Notes under the pieces: model-generated | Told to the model about the DNA's origin: nothing | Database searches by the model: none | Seen by the model: only the letters and a program-made list of their open reading frames with translations | DNA from: Bacteroidota bacterium | Lineage (GTDB): Bacteria; Bacteroidota; Ignavibacteria; UBA10030; UBA8401 | DNA length: 64,000 nt | Reading direction: 5' to 3' | Assembly (NCBI GenBank): GCA_035506275.1 | Contig: DATJPT010000006.1 | Span: 13,019 to 77,018 of the forward strand | Made by a program: the position numbers and the translations under genes | Shown: one piece after another, positions 16,540 to 26,588 of the stretch | Layout of the letters: the number at the start of each line of letters is the position of its first letter | Position numbering within the stretch: position 1 is the stretch's first letter

Positions 16540-19500
16540 TTATTTTACCAGCAGCATTTTTTTTGTCTGGACAAATTTCCCGGCAGTCAGGCGGTAGAAA
16601 TAGACGCCGCTTGCCGCTGAGGCGTTGAAGCGGTTCATGCCGTTCCATTCGACGGAATGGGTTCCTGCCGTCATGAAGTTGTCCACCAGAGTCGCTACCT
16701 CCTCCCCCAATGAATTATAGACAACAAGAAGAACGCGGGACTGGGCCGGAATCTGAAAATCAATCTTTGTAGAGGGGTTGAACGGATTGGGGTAATTCTG
16801 TCCCAGCACAAACTCCGACGGAACCGTGCTCACCGTCCTTTCAACTCCGGAGAGAGCCCCCGAGAACGCCGCGATATCGCCGCTCGAGCTTACGATCCAG
16901 CCGAACGCGCTTGAACCGTTCGACGCAAAATCCAAGTGATTCAAACTGCCGATCGATCCGGTAAAGGAAGCGGTCCATGTTGCGCCGCGATCGGAACTGT
17001 GATACACGGAGCCCCCTTCTGCCGCATAGAAATCGACTCCAGCCCCCGACACACCCCCGACAAATCCGCTTCCCCCAATGGAGATAGGCGTCCACGTGTT
17101 TCCCCCATCGGTCGTCCGGACGGCGGTGTTTGAATCAGAACCGGCAACTCCATACGCTGCACTGTTGAAGCTGACGCTCACGCAATTTCCGAACGGGACC
17201 TGAGCCGACGACCACGATGCTCCGCCGTCCGTAGAATGATAGATACTCGACGCGTTGGTACCAAACCAGATATCCGATGTTCCAAAGACCGCCACTGCGT
17301 TATTCCAGCCGGCCTCTTCTCCCGCCTGGGCGGGCTCTGTTGCGATGCGCCCCCACGTCGCGCCGCCATCCGTGGTTCTTAGGATCGTCCATTTCCCACC
17401 GACCGGGTCGCCGACAGCGATGCCGTTGTTCGCATCGATCATTTTGATGCCGTCGATAAATCCGTCGACAAGGCTGTAGACCTGCGTCCACGTTGAACCG
17501 CCGTTTGTCGTTCTATAGATATAGGTGATCGAGTCCGGTGTCGACGAAACGAATGCAGTGTTCGCGTCGAGGGCACTCACTGTGTAAATGTCGGCGCTGC
17601 CGATCGGTCCTCCACCTGCCGGTTTCCAGTTCGTTCCGCCGTCGGTCGTCGCCAGAACCTGTCCCTCGCTCCCGGCTGCCCAGGCAACCGACTGGCTCAC
17701 GGCTTTCACCGTGTAGAGCTCAGTGTTGACGCCTGAATTTTGACCCGTCCAACCGGGCGATACGTTCAATGATGGCGCGGTCGAAAAAGCTCCGCGTCCG
17801 TGTGTAAACGCAAAAATTGCTTTAGTGCCGCTTTGAATGACCAGCTCGTCGGTAGGTACATACAACGGCATTCCAGAATTGAACGGTGACCATGTGGTCC
17901 CGTTATCCATCGACGTATAGACACCCGTTTCGGTACCACAATAGACGGTTGAAGGATTATCCGGGTCGAGCACGAGAGAATGGACGGGAACGTTGGGAAG
18001 CGTCAGCGATACGTCCGACCAAGTTCCTCCCTGATCGGTTGAATACCAGATGTGACGTGATGCGAGCGTTCCGCTGGTGTTGTAGCCGCCATAGCAGGCG
18101 AACAGCCGGCTTTTGTTTCCAGGGTCGATGGTGATCCGTCGTACCCACCCTCCGTTGTTTCCGGGAGGAGTGATCTCCTGCCACGATGAATCTCCAGCAG
18201 CAGGGTTAAGATCGGTGCATCGAAAGATCTTTCCGCTGGTAGTTCCGGCAAAGGCCAGATAGTTTGTGGTTCCATTGACGATCGTCACTGCGCTAACGTG
18301 ATAGTTAGATGAGAGCACACCGCTGGCGGCAGTCCACGTCCCGGCCGAATTATTCGTAAACCATACGCGGTTGGAACCGGCGAGAAGGACGGCGGAATTT
18401 TCCGGATTCATGGTGAACGGAGCGATGAAGAGCGATTTATTCTGGTCGTTGGCATCACTCAACCCGGTTGTGCAGTTGTTCCATGTAACGCCTCCATCGG
18501 TGGTTTTTGCCATCGCAAGATTGACGTATTCTTCATACGCGATGGAGTTATTGGTCTGATCCTGTGCAGAGTAACCCCCGTCGCCGCTTGCCGCTTCTAT
18601 CCAGACAGACCCATTGCCGCTGTATTTCAAATGACCGTTGTCCTGCGTCCCCCCATAATATGTCGGCCCGCTGGCGAAGACCGCACCGCTGTAAAATTGC
18701 GTGATGGCGAGTCCGTTGTTCAGGTTCGTCCAGGTCGAACCTCCGTTCGTCGTTCGGTACACTCCTCCGTCGTTCCCTTCTATGATCGTGTTAGGGTTAT
18801 TCTTATCGAACACAATGGCATGATGGTCGCAATGAACATACGGGGCTCCGTAAAATAGATCCCAGTATGAGATTTGCGCCCACGACGAACCTCCGTTGGT
18901 CGATTTCATGAGGTCGATTCCGCCAACGTAAATATTGTCGGAGTTGTTCGGGTCGACGGCGATGACATTGTCATACCACCCCTGGTCTTTCAGGTACGAC
19001 AGGCCTCCGGTTGATTGAAGTTTCGGCGGAGAGGTGAGCTGAGACCAGCTTGCGCCGGCATCGGTCGATTTGAATATTCCCTTCAGACCGCCGTCGCCGG
19101 AAGCGGACAGGTCGAGCGATTCGAATACGGCATACAGCGTGTTCGGGGTAGTCGGGTCCTGCGTCATTGCAATTCTTCCGTAGTTCGACGACGGCATATG
19201 GAGAGTATCCTTCGACCAGGTCGCACCGCCGTTCGTCGTTCGATAAATGCCTCCCCGCGTCAATCCGTTGGACTCCACGGAAAAGACAATGGTCGAAGAA
19301 GAAACCGCTACGACATCATCCGGCGTGAAATAATTCGTCGACTGGTCGGTTGAACTGATTTTTGCCCATGAAGTTCCGCCGTCGGTCGACATAAACAGCC
19401 CTCCCGAGAGCGTATATTCTCCTCCGCCGTATTTATAGGTATAATCCTTCGTCGCGGCATAAATATTCCCGGCGGGATCTGCGGTGATCTTCATGACGTC

Positions 19501-20043
19501 CCTAAAATCTTCGACCGAGGCGCCGGTCGTACTCGGGAGAAGCGTCCATGTGTCGCCGAAGTCGGTCGTTTTGTAAATTCCGCCGCCGTACACCGCATCT
19601 TCGTTCAGCCACCCTTCGCCCGTACCCGCGTAGACCACATTGCCGTTTGTTGGATCGACAACCATCGAACCGATCGCCATCACGTCGAGCGAATCCGACC
19701 TGGGCGTCCATGTCGCTCCGTCGTCGGTGGTCTTCCAGATCCCCCCTGAAACCGAGCCGATAAGGATTTCCGCGCTGTTCTGCGGATTGATGACGATCGA
19801 ACGGACCCTTCCGCCGATATTGCCGGGGCCGAGAGCCGACCACGAAGCGGCTGAAGTTTTTCGCAATGCGCCGGACTTCTTCATTTTTTGGGCGGTGTAC
19901 GTCACGGCTTCGCGCCGCTTCTGCTGGAAGTCGACGTTCCGCTGGTTCCCTGCAAGGATCGCATACCGCCATTGATACGCCGCATCAGGATTGTCCCGGT
20001 CGCCGGCGGCAGATTCCAATGGCTCGTCGTTATCACGAGACAT
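16540..20043 (-). CDS. Large secreted BNR/Asp-box repeat protein (sortilin/Ycf48-like beta-propellers) with T9SS C-terminal sorting domain
   Basis: 1167 aa from the only ATG. About 15 Asp-box repeats (S/T-x-D-x-G-x-T/S-W) are present, for example TTDDGATW, STDGGTSW, TTNGGATW, STDAGASW, TTDGGVTW, STDQGGTW and TTDGGNTW. The C-terminal Por-secretion tail is NYPNPFNPSTKIDFQIP...GVYFYRLTAGKFVQTKKMLLVK. The true start is probably upstream, at 20124-20142 (see findings). Confidence 0.9.
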   Translation of the reverse strand: MSRDNDEPLESAAGDRDNPDAAYQWRYAILAGNQRNVDFQQKRREAVTYTAQKMKKSGALRKTSAASWSALGPGNIGGRVRSIVINPQNSAEILIGSVSGGIWKTTDDGATWTPRSDSLDVMAIGSMVVDPTNGNVVYAGTGEGWLNEDAVYGGGIYKTTDFGDTWTLLPSTTGASVEDFRDVMKITADPAGNIYAATKDYTYKYGGGEYTLSGGLFMSTDGGTSWAKISSTDQSTNYFTPDDVVAVSSSTIVFSVESNGLTRGGIYRTTNGGATWSKDTLHMPSSNYGRIAMTQDPTTPNTLYAVFESLDLSASGDGGLKGIFKSTDAGASWSQLTSPPKLQSTGGLSYLKDQGWYDNVIAVDPNNSDNIYVGGIDLMKSTNGGSSWAQISYWDLFYGAPYVHCDHHAIVFDKNNPNTIIEGNDGGVYRTTNGGSTWTNLNNGLAITQFYSGAVFASGPTYYGGTQDNGHLKYSGNGSVWIEAASGDGGYSAQDQTNNSIAYEEYVNLAMAKTTDGGVTWNNCTTGLSDANDQNKSLFIAPFTMNPENSAVLLAGSNRVWFTNNSAGTWTAASGVLSSNYHVSAVTIVNGTTNYLAFAGTTSGKIFRCTDLNPAAGDSSWQEITPPGNNGGWVRRITIDPGNKSRLFACYGGYNTSGTLASRHIWYSTDQGGTWSDVSLTLPNVPVHSLVLDPDNPSTVYCGTETGVYTSMDNGTTWSPFNSGMPLYVPTDELVIQSGTKAIFAFTHGRGAFSTAPSLNVSPGWTGQNSGVNTELYTVKAVSQSVAWAAGSEGQVLATTDGGTNWKPAGGGPIGSADIYTVSALDANTAFVSSTPDSITYIYRTTNGGSTWTQVYSLVDGFIDGIKMIDANNGIAVGDPVGGKWTILRTTDGGATWGRIATEPAQAGEEAGWNNAVAVFGTSDIWFGTNASSIYHSTDGGASWSSAQVPFGNCVSVSFNSAAYGVAGSDSNTAVRTTDGGNTWTPISIGGSGFVGGVSGAGVDFYAAEGGSVYHSSDRGATWTASFTGSIGSLNHLDFASNGSSAFGWIVSSSGDIAAFSGALSGVERTVSTVPSEFVLGQNYPNPFNPSTKIDFQIPAQSRVLLVVYNSLGEEVATLVDNFMTAGTHSVEWNGMNRFNASAASGVYFYRLTAGKFVQTKKMLLVK

Positions 20044-20250
20044 TTTATGCGTCGCCGTTCGCTGTATAAAAAGAAAGGCCGCTACGGCCGCAAGAATGGA
20101 AACAATTGCGATGTTCTTTTTCGTAGAATAACTCCTATCAATCTGAGAACAAAATGAGAAGCGGAGAATGAATCGACCTCTTCCGGCAACGGGACGATGA
20201 AAAATTATAGCTATTTATGGAGGGAATGTCAACCAGGCGGGTAACGGCCG

Positions 20251-21165
20251 TCACGCCGCGGACTGTCGGTTCCGGATGAAATATTTCACGAACTCGGCGT
20301 AGTTAGAAACCGCGAGCCCGCCGAGAACAAACGATGCGCCGAGAAACGTCCGGCCAGAGAACGGTTCCCCCAGGATCACAACGCCAAGGATCACGGCAAT
20401 GATAGGGGTGATGAACGAGGTGAGCGAAAGGATGACGGCTTCGACTCTTTTGAGGAGCCAAAAATAGCTGACGAACGTCGCCACCGATCCGAAAATTCCA
20501 AGGTAAAAAATTGTAAGGATGGCACTCGGCGTGAACGCAACTTTTGAGTACTCCTCGAGCGCCGCGCTCGCCGCGAGGAGCAGCACTGCCCCGATGAGCA
20601 TCGGAACGAACGTGATCACGAACGGGTGAATGGCGTGGCCGTGTTTCTTGATGACGATGACCGAATACGCCTGCAGAATTGCGCTCAGAAGGATCGCTGC
20701 CATCCCCCAAGAGGCGTTCGGATTCGAAACGTGAACGTCGTTCGAGAAGATGGTGAGGATGCCCAAGAAACCAAGGACTATTCCGGAGATCTTCCACCCC
20801 GTAATTTTCTCATTCGGAAGGAAGAGATAGGCAAACAACGCCACCATGAAAGGGTAGATCGAAAAAACGATCGATGTCAAACCGGAGGGTATGAATTGTT
20901 CCCCCCAATAGACCAGAGCAAACGGCACGCTGAACGATGTGAGCGCGACGACAACGTAAAAAATCTGCTCACTCCTGTCGAACGGAATTTTGACGCCTTG
21001 AACTTTGATCAGGGTAAACAGGAGTGCGCTAGCAACGGAAAAACGGCATCCCGCCGCCAGCAGCGGCGTCATCGTTTCGAGTCCGATCTTAATGACGAGC
21101 CACGTCGAACCCCAGATGGTGCACACTAAAAAGTACGCAAGATAAACGCGGAACCGTTCGCTCAT
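20251..21165 (-). CDS. EamA/DMT-family transporter
   Basis: 304 aa with about 10 TM helices and two EamA repeats. It abuts the upstream gene with no gap. Confidence 0.85.
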   Translation of the reverse strand: MSERFRVYLAYFLVCTIWGSTWLVIKIGLETMTPLLAAGCRFSVASALLFTLIKVQGVKIPFDRSEQIFYVVVALTSFSVPFALVYWGEQFIPSGLTSIVFSIYPFMVALFAYLFLPNEKITGWKISGIVLGFLGILTIFSNDVHVSNPNASWGMAAILLSAILQAYSVIVIKKHGHAIHPFVITFVPMLIGAVLLLAASAALEEYSKVAFTPSAILTIFYLGIFGSVATFVSYFWLLKRVEAVILSLTSFITPIIAVILGVVILGEPFSGRTFLGASFVLGGLAVSNYAEFVKYFIRNRQSAA

Positions 21166-22446
21166 TTACTCCGCCATCTTATTGAGCACCAACCCTGAAA
21201 GGAGCTTGGGATAAAAGAACGTCGATTTTTGCGGCATCGTGTGTCCCGCTTTTGCGACGGCGCGCACCTGTCCGATTTTCGTCGGATTCACGATGAAGGC
21301 AACCTGCGCAACTCCCTTCATCACTTCGCTTTCGCAGTCCTCAACGTTCTGGAGATAGTGGATGTTCAGTTTCTTTTCCTGTGCTTCGACGGAAATGCCG
21401 AGGACGCCGCCGAGGAAATACGAATGGAGGAGAACGACGTCGAGGTCTTTCACTTCAGCGGGCAAGTTCGGCGGCATCAACGTCTTCAAAGCCGAAACAT
21501 TCTTTACGGTTGCGATCCAGAACTTTGCCGGTCCCTTCGCGATAATTCCGTAGGCATATTTTGCCTGATCTCCCAGCGTTCTGACCATCGCCTCGCGGGA
21601 AGGAAACTCAGTCATCGTAAAATATTCTTGGATCGTGGAGGAAAATTCATTCCAATCGAACTTGGGAAGGCTGTGGATCACCCGGTGTGTCGGGTAAATG
21701 ACGAGCCCTTCGTCATCGAGGTTGGTGAAGAACATCATCACATAATTGTACAATTCTGTCCCGTTATGTCTCGGATTATTGGATTTCATCAGGTCGCGGT
21801 AGGCGAGCGCCGTTTCATAACGATGATGGCCGTCGGCGATGAGTACCTGCTTCGGTTCCATTTCCCGTGCGATGTTTTCGATCGCCGCAGCGTCGCTGAT
21901 CACCCACAGTTGGTTCCGGACATTTTCAAACGTCACATCGACAGCGGCCGGCGTCGACTGCGATCGACCAAGAATGCCGTCGACTTTTTTCGCTGCATCG
22001 GAATACAGGCTGAAGATTTGGCTGAAATTCGAGTTCGTCGCCTTAAAAAGCTTGAACCTGTCTTCCTTCGCCTTGGAGAGCGTTTTTTCATGAGGGAGGA
22101 CGATCCCCTTTTCAAATTCTTCCAGATGGCATAGCGCAATAAATCCTTTTCGCTGGATCACCGCCCCTGCGGCCGTCCTAAAAGTCTGGACAAGAGGATA
22201 AAGGGCCGGCGCTGGCTCGCGCATGAGGACGCCATTCCTCTGCCACTCGTCGAACGCTTTCGCAGAGGAGGAATACCTGTCCTCTTCCCGGCCGAGGATC
22301 AACCGCACGACGTTATGCGGGTCGATGTCATAGAATTGATCCTGCTGCTCGGGCGAAATAACATCGTACGGCGGCGCGACGACGGTATTGATATTGACTG
22401 CGGATTGATTGTATCTGATTCCCCGGAATGGTCTAATGATCGGCAT
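21166..22446 (-). CDS. DUF1015 domain-containing protein
   Basis: 426 aa. The N-terminus MPIIRPFRGIRYN... and the ADGHHRYETA block are characteristic of DUF1015. Confidence 0.8.
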   Translation of the reverse strand: MPIIRPFRGIRYNQSAVNINTVVAPPYDVISPEQQDQFYDIDPHNVVRLILGREEDRYSSSAKAFDEWQRNGVLMREPAPALYPLVQTFRTAAGAVIQRKGFIALCHLEEFEKGIVLPHEKTLSKAKEDRFKLFKATNSNFSQIFSLYSDAAKKVDGILGRSQSTPAAVDVTFENVRNQLWVISDAAAIENIAREMEPKQVLIADGHHRYETALAYRDLMKSNNPRHNGTELYNYVMMFFTNLDDEGLVIYPTHRVIHSLPKFDWNEFSSTIQEYFTMTEFPSREAMVRTLGDQAKYAYGIIAKGPAKFWIATVKNVSALKTLMPPNLPAEVKDLDVVLLHSYFLGGVLGISVEAQEKKLNIHYLQNVEDCESEVMKGVAQVAFIVNPTKIGQVRAVAKAGHTMPQKSTFFYPKLLSGLVLNKMAE

Positions 22447-22499
22447 ACGCTTTTGTTTTTAGAATAGAGATACTGTTTCAATATTTAATTTTTCATTTT

Positions 22500-23408
22500 T
22501 CATTTTCCTTCATACCCCAGCCGCTTCAGCCACACGTCTTCTCCCCGCCAATTTTCCCGCACCTTTACATGAAGCTCGAGAAAGACCGGGCGCCCCAAAA
22601 ACCCCTCGATATCCTTTCGGGCTTTCTCGCCGACCGCCTTCAACGCCGACCCTCCCTTGCCGATAAGAATGCCCTTCTGTGACTGGCGCTCAACAAATAT
22701 TTCCGCGCTGATGAAGTCTTTCTTCTTCTCCCGCTCGTTGAATGCCACGATATCAACGGTCGTGGAATACGGGATCTCCTGAGAAAACAGCTCGAAAATC
22801 TTCTCCCGGATGATTTCTGCAACGAAGAATCTCTCCGGAGCCGCGCTGACCATCTCCGGCGGATAGAACGGAGGGTGATCGGGCAAGTACCGGAGGAGCG
22901 ATGTTGTTAATTCTTCCGTCCCTTCATTGCGAAGAGCGGAGATCAGGAGAATTTCTTCAAACGGAAACGCCTTGCTCAAACCGGCGATCATCGGAAGGAG
23001 CTCCGCTTTTTCGATGCGGTCGATCTTATTGATCGCCAGGAGGGTCCTCTTTTTCGCGCCGCGAATCTTCTCGAACGCAATCTCATCGCTCGAAAATGCC
23101 TCTTTTCTGATCTTCTCGGCGTCCACAAGCAGAAGAACCACGTCGGCCTCCACGAGCGCCGAGGTCGAATAGTCCATCATCACTTCCTGGAGCCGATATT
23201 TCGGGGCGATGATCCCCGGCGTATCGAGAAAAACGATCTGATAATGATCGCCGGATAAAATCCCAAGGATCTTATGCCGCGTCGTCTGGGGTTTATTGGT
23301 GACAATGGAGATCTTTTGCCCCAGCAGAGAGTTCATCAGCGTCGACTTGCCGACGTTCGGTTCGCCGACCAAGGCGACGTATCCTGCTTTGTACTTCGTC
23401 GATTCCAT
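22500..23408 (-). CDS. era: GTPase Era
   Basis: 302 aa. G1 GEPNVGKST, G2 TTR, G3 DTPG and G4 NKID motifs, plus a C-terminal KH domain. Confidence 0.96.
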   Translation of the reverse strand: MESTKYKAGYVALVGEPNVGKSTLMNSLLGQKISIVTNKPQTTRHKILGILSGDHYQIVFLDTPGIIAPKYRLQEVMMDYSTSALVEADVVLLLVDAEKIRKEAFSSDEIAFEKIRGAKKRTLLAINKIDRIEKAELLPMIAGLSKAFPFEEILLISALRNEGTEELTTSLLRYLPDHPPFYPPEMVSAAPERFFVAEIIREKIFELFSQEIPYSTTVDIVAFNEREKKKDFISAEIFVERQSQKGILIGKGGSALKAVGEKARKDIEGFLGRPVFLELHVKVRENWRGEDVWLKRLGYEGK

Positions 23409-23568
23409 TCAGTAAGACAATGTACTCAAAACCGGGGGGAGTTTCAACGGAAAGGAGTCTCACGGCGACGGGGGGAATCAGGGGTTGGAGATGATTGAAG
23501 ACAGAAGAGGGACGCCGGGAACATCATGCTCTGCCGAGCAAAATTTCCAACGGGTTGTTGCCGAAAAA

Positions 23569-23949
23569 TTATTTCGCTATCAATTTCTTGTAGGCCTCGA
23601 CATCCAGCAATTGGTCGAGTTCGGCAGGTTTCTCAATCTTCACTTTGATCATCCATCCCTGTTCGTACGGGTCTTTATTCACTAATTCGGGAGAATCGTG
23701 AATCTTCTTGTTCACTTCGAGCACCTCGCCGGTAACGGGTGAGAAAAGATCCGAAACTGCCTTCACCGCCTCGACGGTCCCAAATGCCTGGCTGTGCTCT
23801 ACTTTCTTCCCTACGGCGGGGAGCTCGACAAAAACGATGTCGCCCAATTCTCCCTGGGCATATTCGGTGATACCGATGAATCCGGCATCCCCTTCTACGC
23901 GGATCCATTCGTGGTCTTTCGTATACTTTAGCTTTTCAGGAAAATTCAT
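23569..23949 (-). CDS. gcvH: Glycine cleavage system protein H
   Basis: 126 aa with YTKDHEWIRVEG...GITEYAQGELGDIVFVELP...VEAVKAVSDLFSPVTGEV, including the lipoyl-lysine motif. Confidence 0.95.
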   Translation of the reverse strand: MNFPEKLKYTKDHEWIRVEGDAGFIGITEYAQGELGDIVFVELPAVGKKVEHSQAFGTVEAVKAVSDLFSPVTGEVLEVNKKIHDSPELVNKDPYEQGWMIKVKIEKPAELDQLLDVEAYKKLIAK

Positions 23950-23982
23950 ATCGGCCTTTCTTTCTCACTTCCGCTGAACGAC

Positions 23983-25323
23983 CTATGCTGCGAACGTTTC
24001 TATAAATTTTGTATCGAAGATGCCGCTGCGGAATTTATCGTTCTTCATAACTTTCTGCTGGAATGGTATCGTCGTATGGATCCCCTCGATGATACATTCC
24101 TCAAGAGCGTATTCCATTTTTGTAATCGCTTCGTCGCGCGTATTGGCATGCACAATCAACTTGGCAACGAGCGAATCATAATAAGGGGGGATCTGATAGC
24201 CGGCATAAATATGCGAATCGATCCGAATCCCAGGCCCGCCCCCAAAATGGAGGCTGGTGATCCTGCCGGGAGACGGACGGAAATCATGATCGGGGTCCTC
24301 AGCGTTGATGCGGCATTCGATCGCATGCCCCTGGAACTTGACTTTTTTGCTGCTCAGCTTCTTCCCGGCGGCGACCTCGATCTGGGCTTTGATCAGGTCG
24401 ATTCCCGTAACATATTCCGTGACCGGATGCTCGACCTGGATCCTCGTGTTCATTTCCATAAAATAAAAATTTCCCGTCTTGTCGAGAAGGAACTCGATCG
24501 TTCCCGCGCCGAGGTACTTCACACTCTTGGCCCCCTTAACGGCGGCGGCCCCCATTTTCTCGCGCAGCTCGGCATTGACCGCGGGGGAGGGAGATTCTTC
24601 GATGAGCTTTTGGTGGCGGCGCTGGACGGAACAGTCGCGTTCGCCGAGATGCATGACGTTGCCGTGCGAATCCCCCAGCACCTGAATTTCGACATGACGC
24701 GGCTCCTCAAGATATTTTTCCATGTAGACGTCGGGGTTGCCGAAGGCGGATTCCGCTTCGTGGCGTGCCGTCTGAAACGCGTTTTCAACGTCGGCCTCCG
24801 TGCGCACAATACGCATCCCTCTTCCGCCGCCGCCAGCCGATGCCTTGATAATGACCGGCATACCGATCTCATGCGCAAGCTTTTTTGCCTGTTCAATGTC
24901 CTTCACCACTCCGTCGCTTCCGGGAACGACGGGGACCCCTGCTTTTTTCATTGTATCTTTGGCAAGCGATTTATCCCCCATCGCAGTGATCATTTCCGGC
25001 TTCGGCCCGATGAACTGCAGACCCGAGGTCAAACAGATCTCCGAGAACTGCGCGTTCTCCGCGAGGAACCCGTATCCCGGGTGGATGGCGTCCGCGTTGG
25101 TCACTTCCGCTGCGGCAAGGATGCGCGGGATGTTGAGATAGCTTTCTCTGCTCGGAGGAGGACCGATGCAGATGGCTTCGTCGGCAAATCTCACGTGAAG
25201 TGATTCCCGATCCGCTTCGGAGAACACCGCGACCGTTGAGATGCCCATCTCACGGCAAGCGCGAATGACGCGGAGCGCAATTTCGCCCCTGTTCGCGATG
25301 AGAATTTTTTTAAACAATCGCAT
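23983..25323 (-). CDS. accC: Acetyl-CoA carboxylase biotin carboxylase subunit
   Basis: 446 aa with [18 protein letters not shown] and ATP-grasp blocks ([22 protein letters not shown]). Confidence 0.97.
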   Translation of the reverse strand: MRLFKKILIANRGEIALRVIRACREMGISTVAVFSEADRESLHVRFADEAICIGPPPSRESYLNIPRILAAAEVTNADAIHPGYGFLAENAQFSEICLTSGLQFIGPKPEMITAMGDKSLAKDTMKKAGVPVVPGSDGVVKDIEQAKKLAHEIGMPVIIKASAGGGGRGMRIVRTEADVENAFQTARHEAESAFGNPDVYMEKYLEEPRHVEIQVLGDSHGNVMHLGERDCSVQRRHQKLIEESPSPAVNAELREKMGAAAVKGAKSVKYLGAGTIEFLLDKTGNFYFMEMNTRIQVEHPVTEYVTGIDLIKAQIEVAAGKKLSSKKVKFQGHAIECRINAEDPDHDFRPSPGRITSLHFGGGPGIRIDSHIYAGYQIPPYYDSLVAKLIVHANTRDEAITKMEYALEECIIEGIHTTIPFQQKVMKNDKFRSGIFDTKFIETFAA

Positions 25324-25395
25324 GTTCGGAAATCACCAAAGGGCTTTTGAAAGAAAGTAGCTGTACACCGTGAATAGGATCAAGCGGGATACACG

Positions 25396-25854
25396 TCAGG
25401 CGGTTTCGATGAGGAAAAGCACCTGGTTATATTCGACCGGTTTGCCGTTCTCGACGCAAATCTTCGCAATTCTTCCTGTGCCGTCGGATTCGATCTCGTT
25501 CATCAGCTTCATAGCCTCGACGATGCAGAGCACTGTTCCCTCCTGTACTTGCTGCCCCACTTCGACGTAATTGGAGGCGTCGGGAGCCGGCGCGCGGTAG
25601 AACGTCCCGACGATCGGAGATTTGACTTCGTGATATTTCTTGTCTGCTGCCGGAGCAGGCTCAGGGGGCGGCGGCGGAGCGGCCGGTGCCGGAAATTGTT
25701 GTGGAACAACCGGCTGAGGCATCTGCTGAAGAACGCCCACATTGCCGGCGCTCTTCGTGATCCTCACCCGAATGCCCTCTTCTTCCAGCTCTATTTCGTT
25801 GACGCTGCTCTCCTCAACCAGCTTGAGAACTTCCTTAACAAATGCCAGATCCAT
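25396..25854 (-). CDS. accB: Acetyl-CoA carboxylase biotin carboxyl carrier protein
   Basis: 152 aa with a Pro/Ala linker and the biotinyl motif CIVEAMKLMNEIESD. Confidence 0.95.
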   Translation of the reverse strand: MDLAFVKEVLKLVEESSVNEIELEEEGIRVRITKSAGNVGVLQQMPQPVVPQQFPAPAAPPPPPEPAPAADKKYHEVKSPIVGTFYRAPAPDASNYVEVGQQVQEGTVLCIVEAMKLMNEIESDGTGRIAKICVENGKPVEYNQVLFLIETA

Positions 25855-25895
25855 TATGGCTCCGTCGTGATCGTGATGGATGGGTTGACAGCAAC

Positions 25896-26459
25896 CTACT
25901 GCTTCACACGGTCCAGATACTGTCCCGTGCGGGTGTCGACGCGTATCACTTCACCTTCGCTGATAAAAAGAGGAACATTGACTGTCGCCCCGGTCTCGAC
26001 TTTGGCCGGCTTTGTACCAGGGTTGGCGGTATCGCCGCGGACGCCGGGGACCGTTTCAATCACTTTCAATTCAACGTTGAACGGGAGCTCCGCTCCTACA
26101 GGATCGGCGCCATCAAACATCACTTCAACCGTGACCCCTTCCTTCAAGAACCGCGCTCCTCCGCCGAGAATTTTTTCGTCGATCGGAATCTGCTCGTAGG
26201 TTTCCTGGTCCATAAAGTGATAGCTCTGCCCGTCGTTGAACAGATATTGGTACTGCTTGTGTTCGACGCGGACAATCTCCACTTCCTCGCCCGAGCGGAA
26301 GCGATTTTCCATGATCCTGCCGTTACGAACATTGCGCATTTTCGCCTGGTAGAATGCCCGCAGATTACCGGGCGTCCGGTGCTGATATTCCTCAAGAACA
26401 TGAAGCTCGCCGTTGAACCGTAAAAAAGTGCCTACCTTCAAATCAGAAGTTGTTGCCAT
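25896..26459 (-). CDS. efp: Elongation factor P (non-Lys loop variant)
   Basis: 187 aa with EF-P domains I-III, including GDTANPGTKPAKVETGATVNVPLFISEGEVIRVDTRTGQYLDRV. It sits in the classical efp-accB-accC context. Confidence 0.93.
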   Translation of the reverse strand: MATTSDLKVGTFLRFNGELHVLEEYQHRTPGNLRAFYQAKMRNVRNGRIMENRFRSGEEVEIVRVEHKQYQYLFNDGQSYHFMDQETYEQIPIDEKILGGGARFLKEGVTVEVMFDGADPVGAELPFNVELKVIETVPGVRGDTANPGTKPAKVETGATVNVPLFISEGEVIRVDTRTGQYLDRVKQ

Positions 26460-26588
26460 ACTTTACCCTAGCTTCTCAAACAAGAAATGAAAATTAGCTG
26501 AAAAATTTGTAAAATGGACGCGGTTTCCGTATTTTAGCGGCAAAAATATAGTCAGATTGGCATCGAAAGTCAAGAAGGAACCCCCGGC

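Noticed and set aside
25600-25720. GC-rich, low-complexity stretch (cggcggcgg, ccggagc repeats)
   Set aside because: It encodes the normal Pro/Ala-rich flexible linker of BCCP (PAPAAPPPPPEPAPAA). It is not a DNA repeat element.
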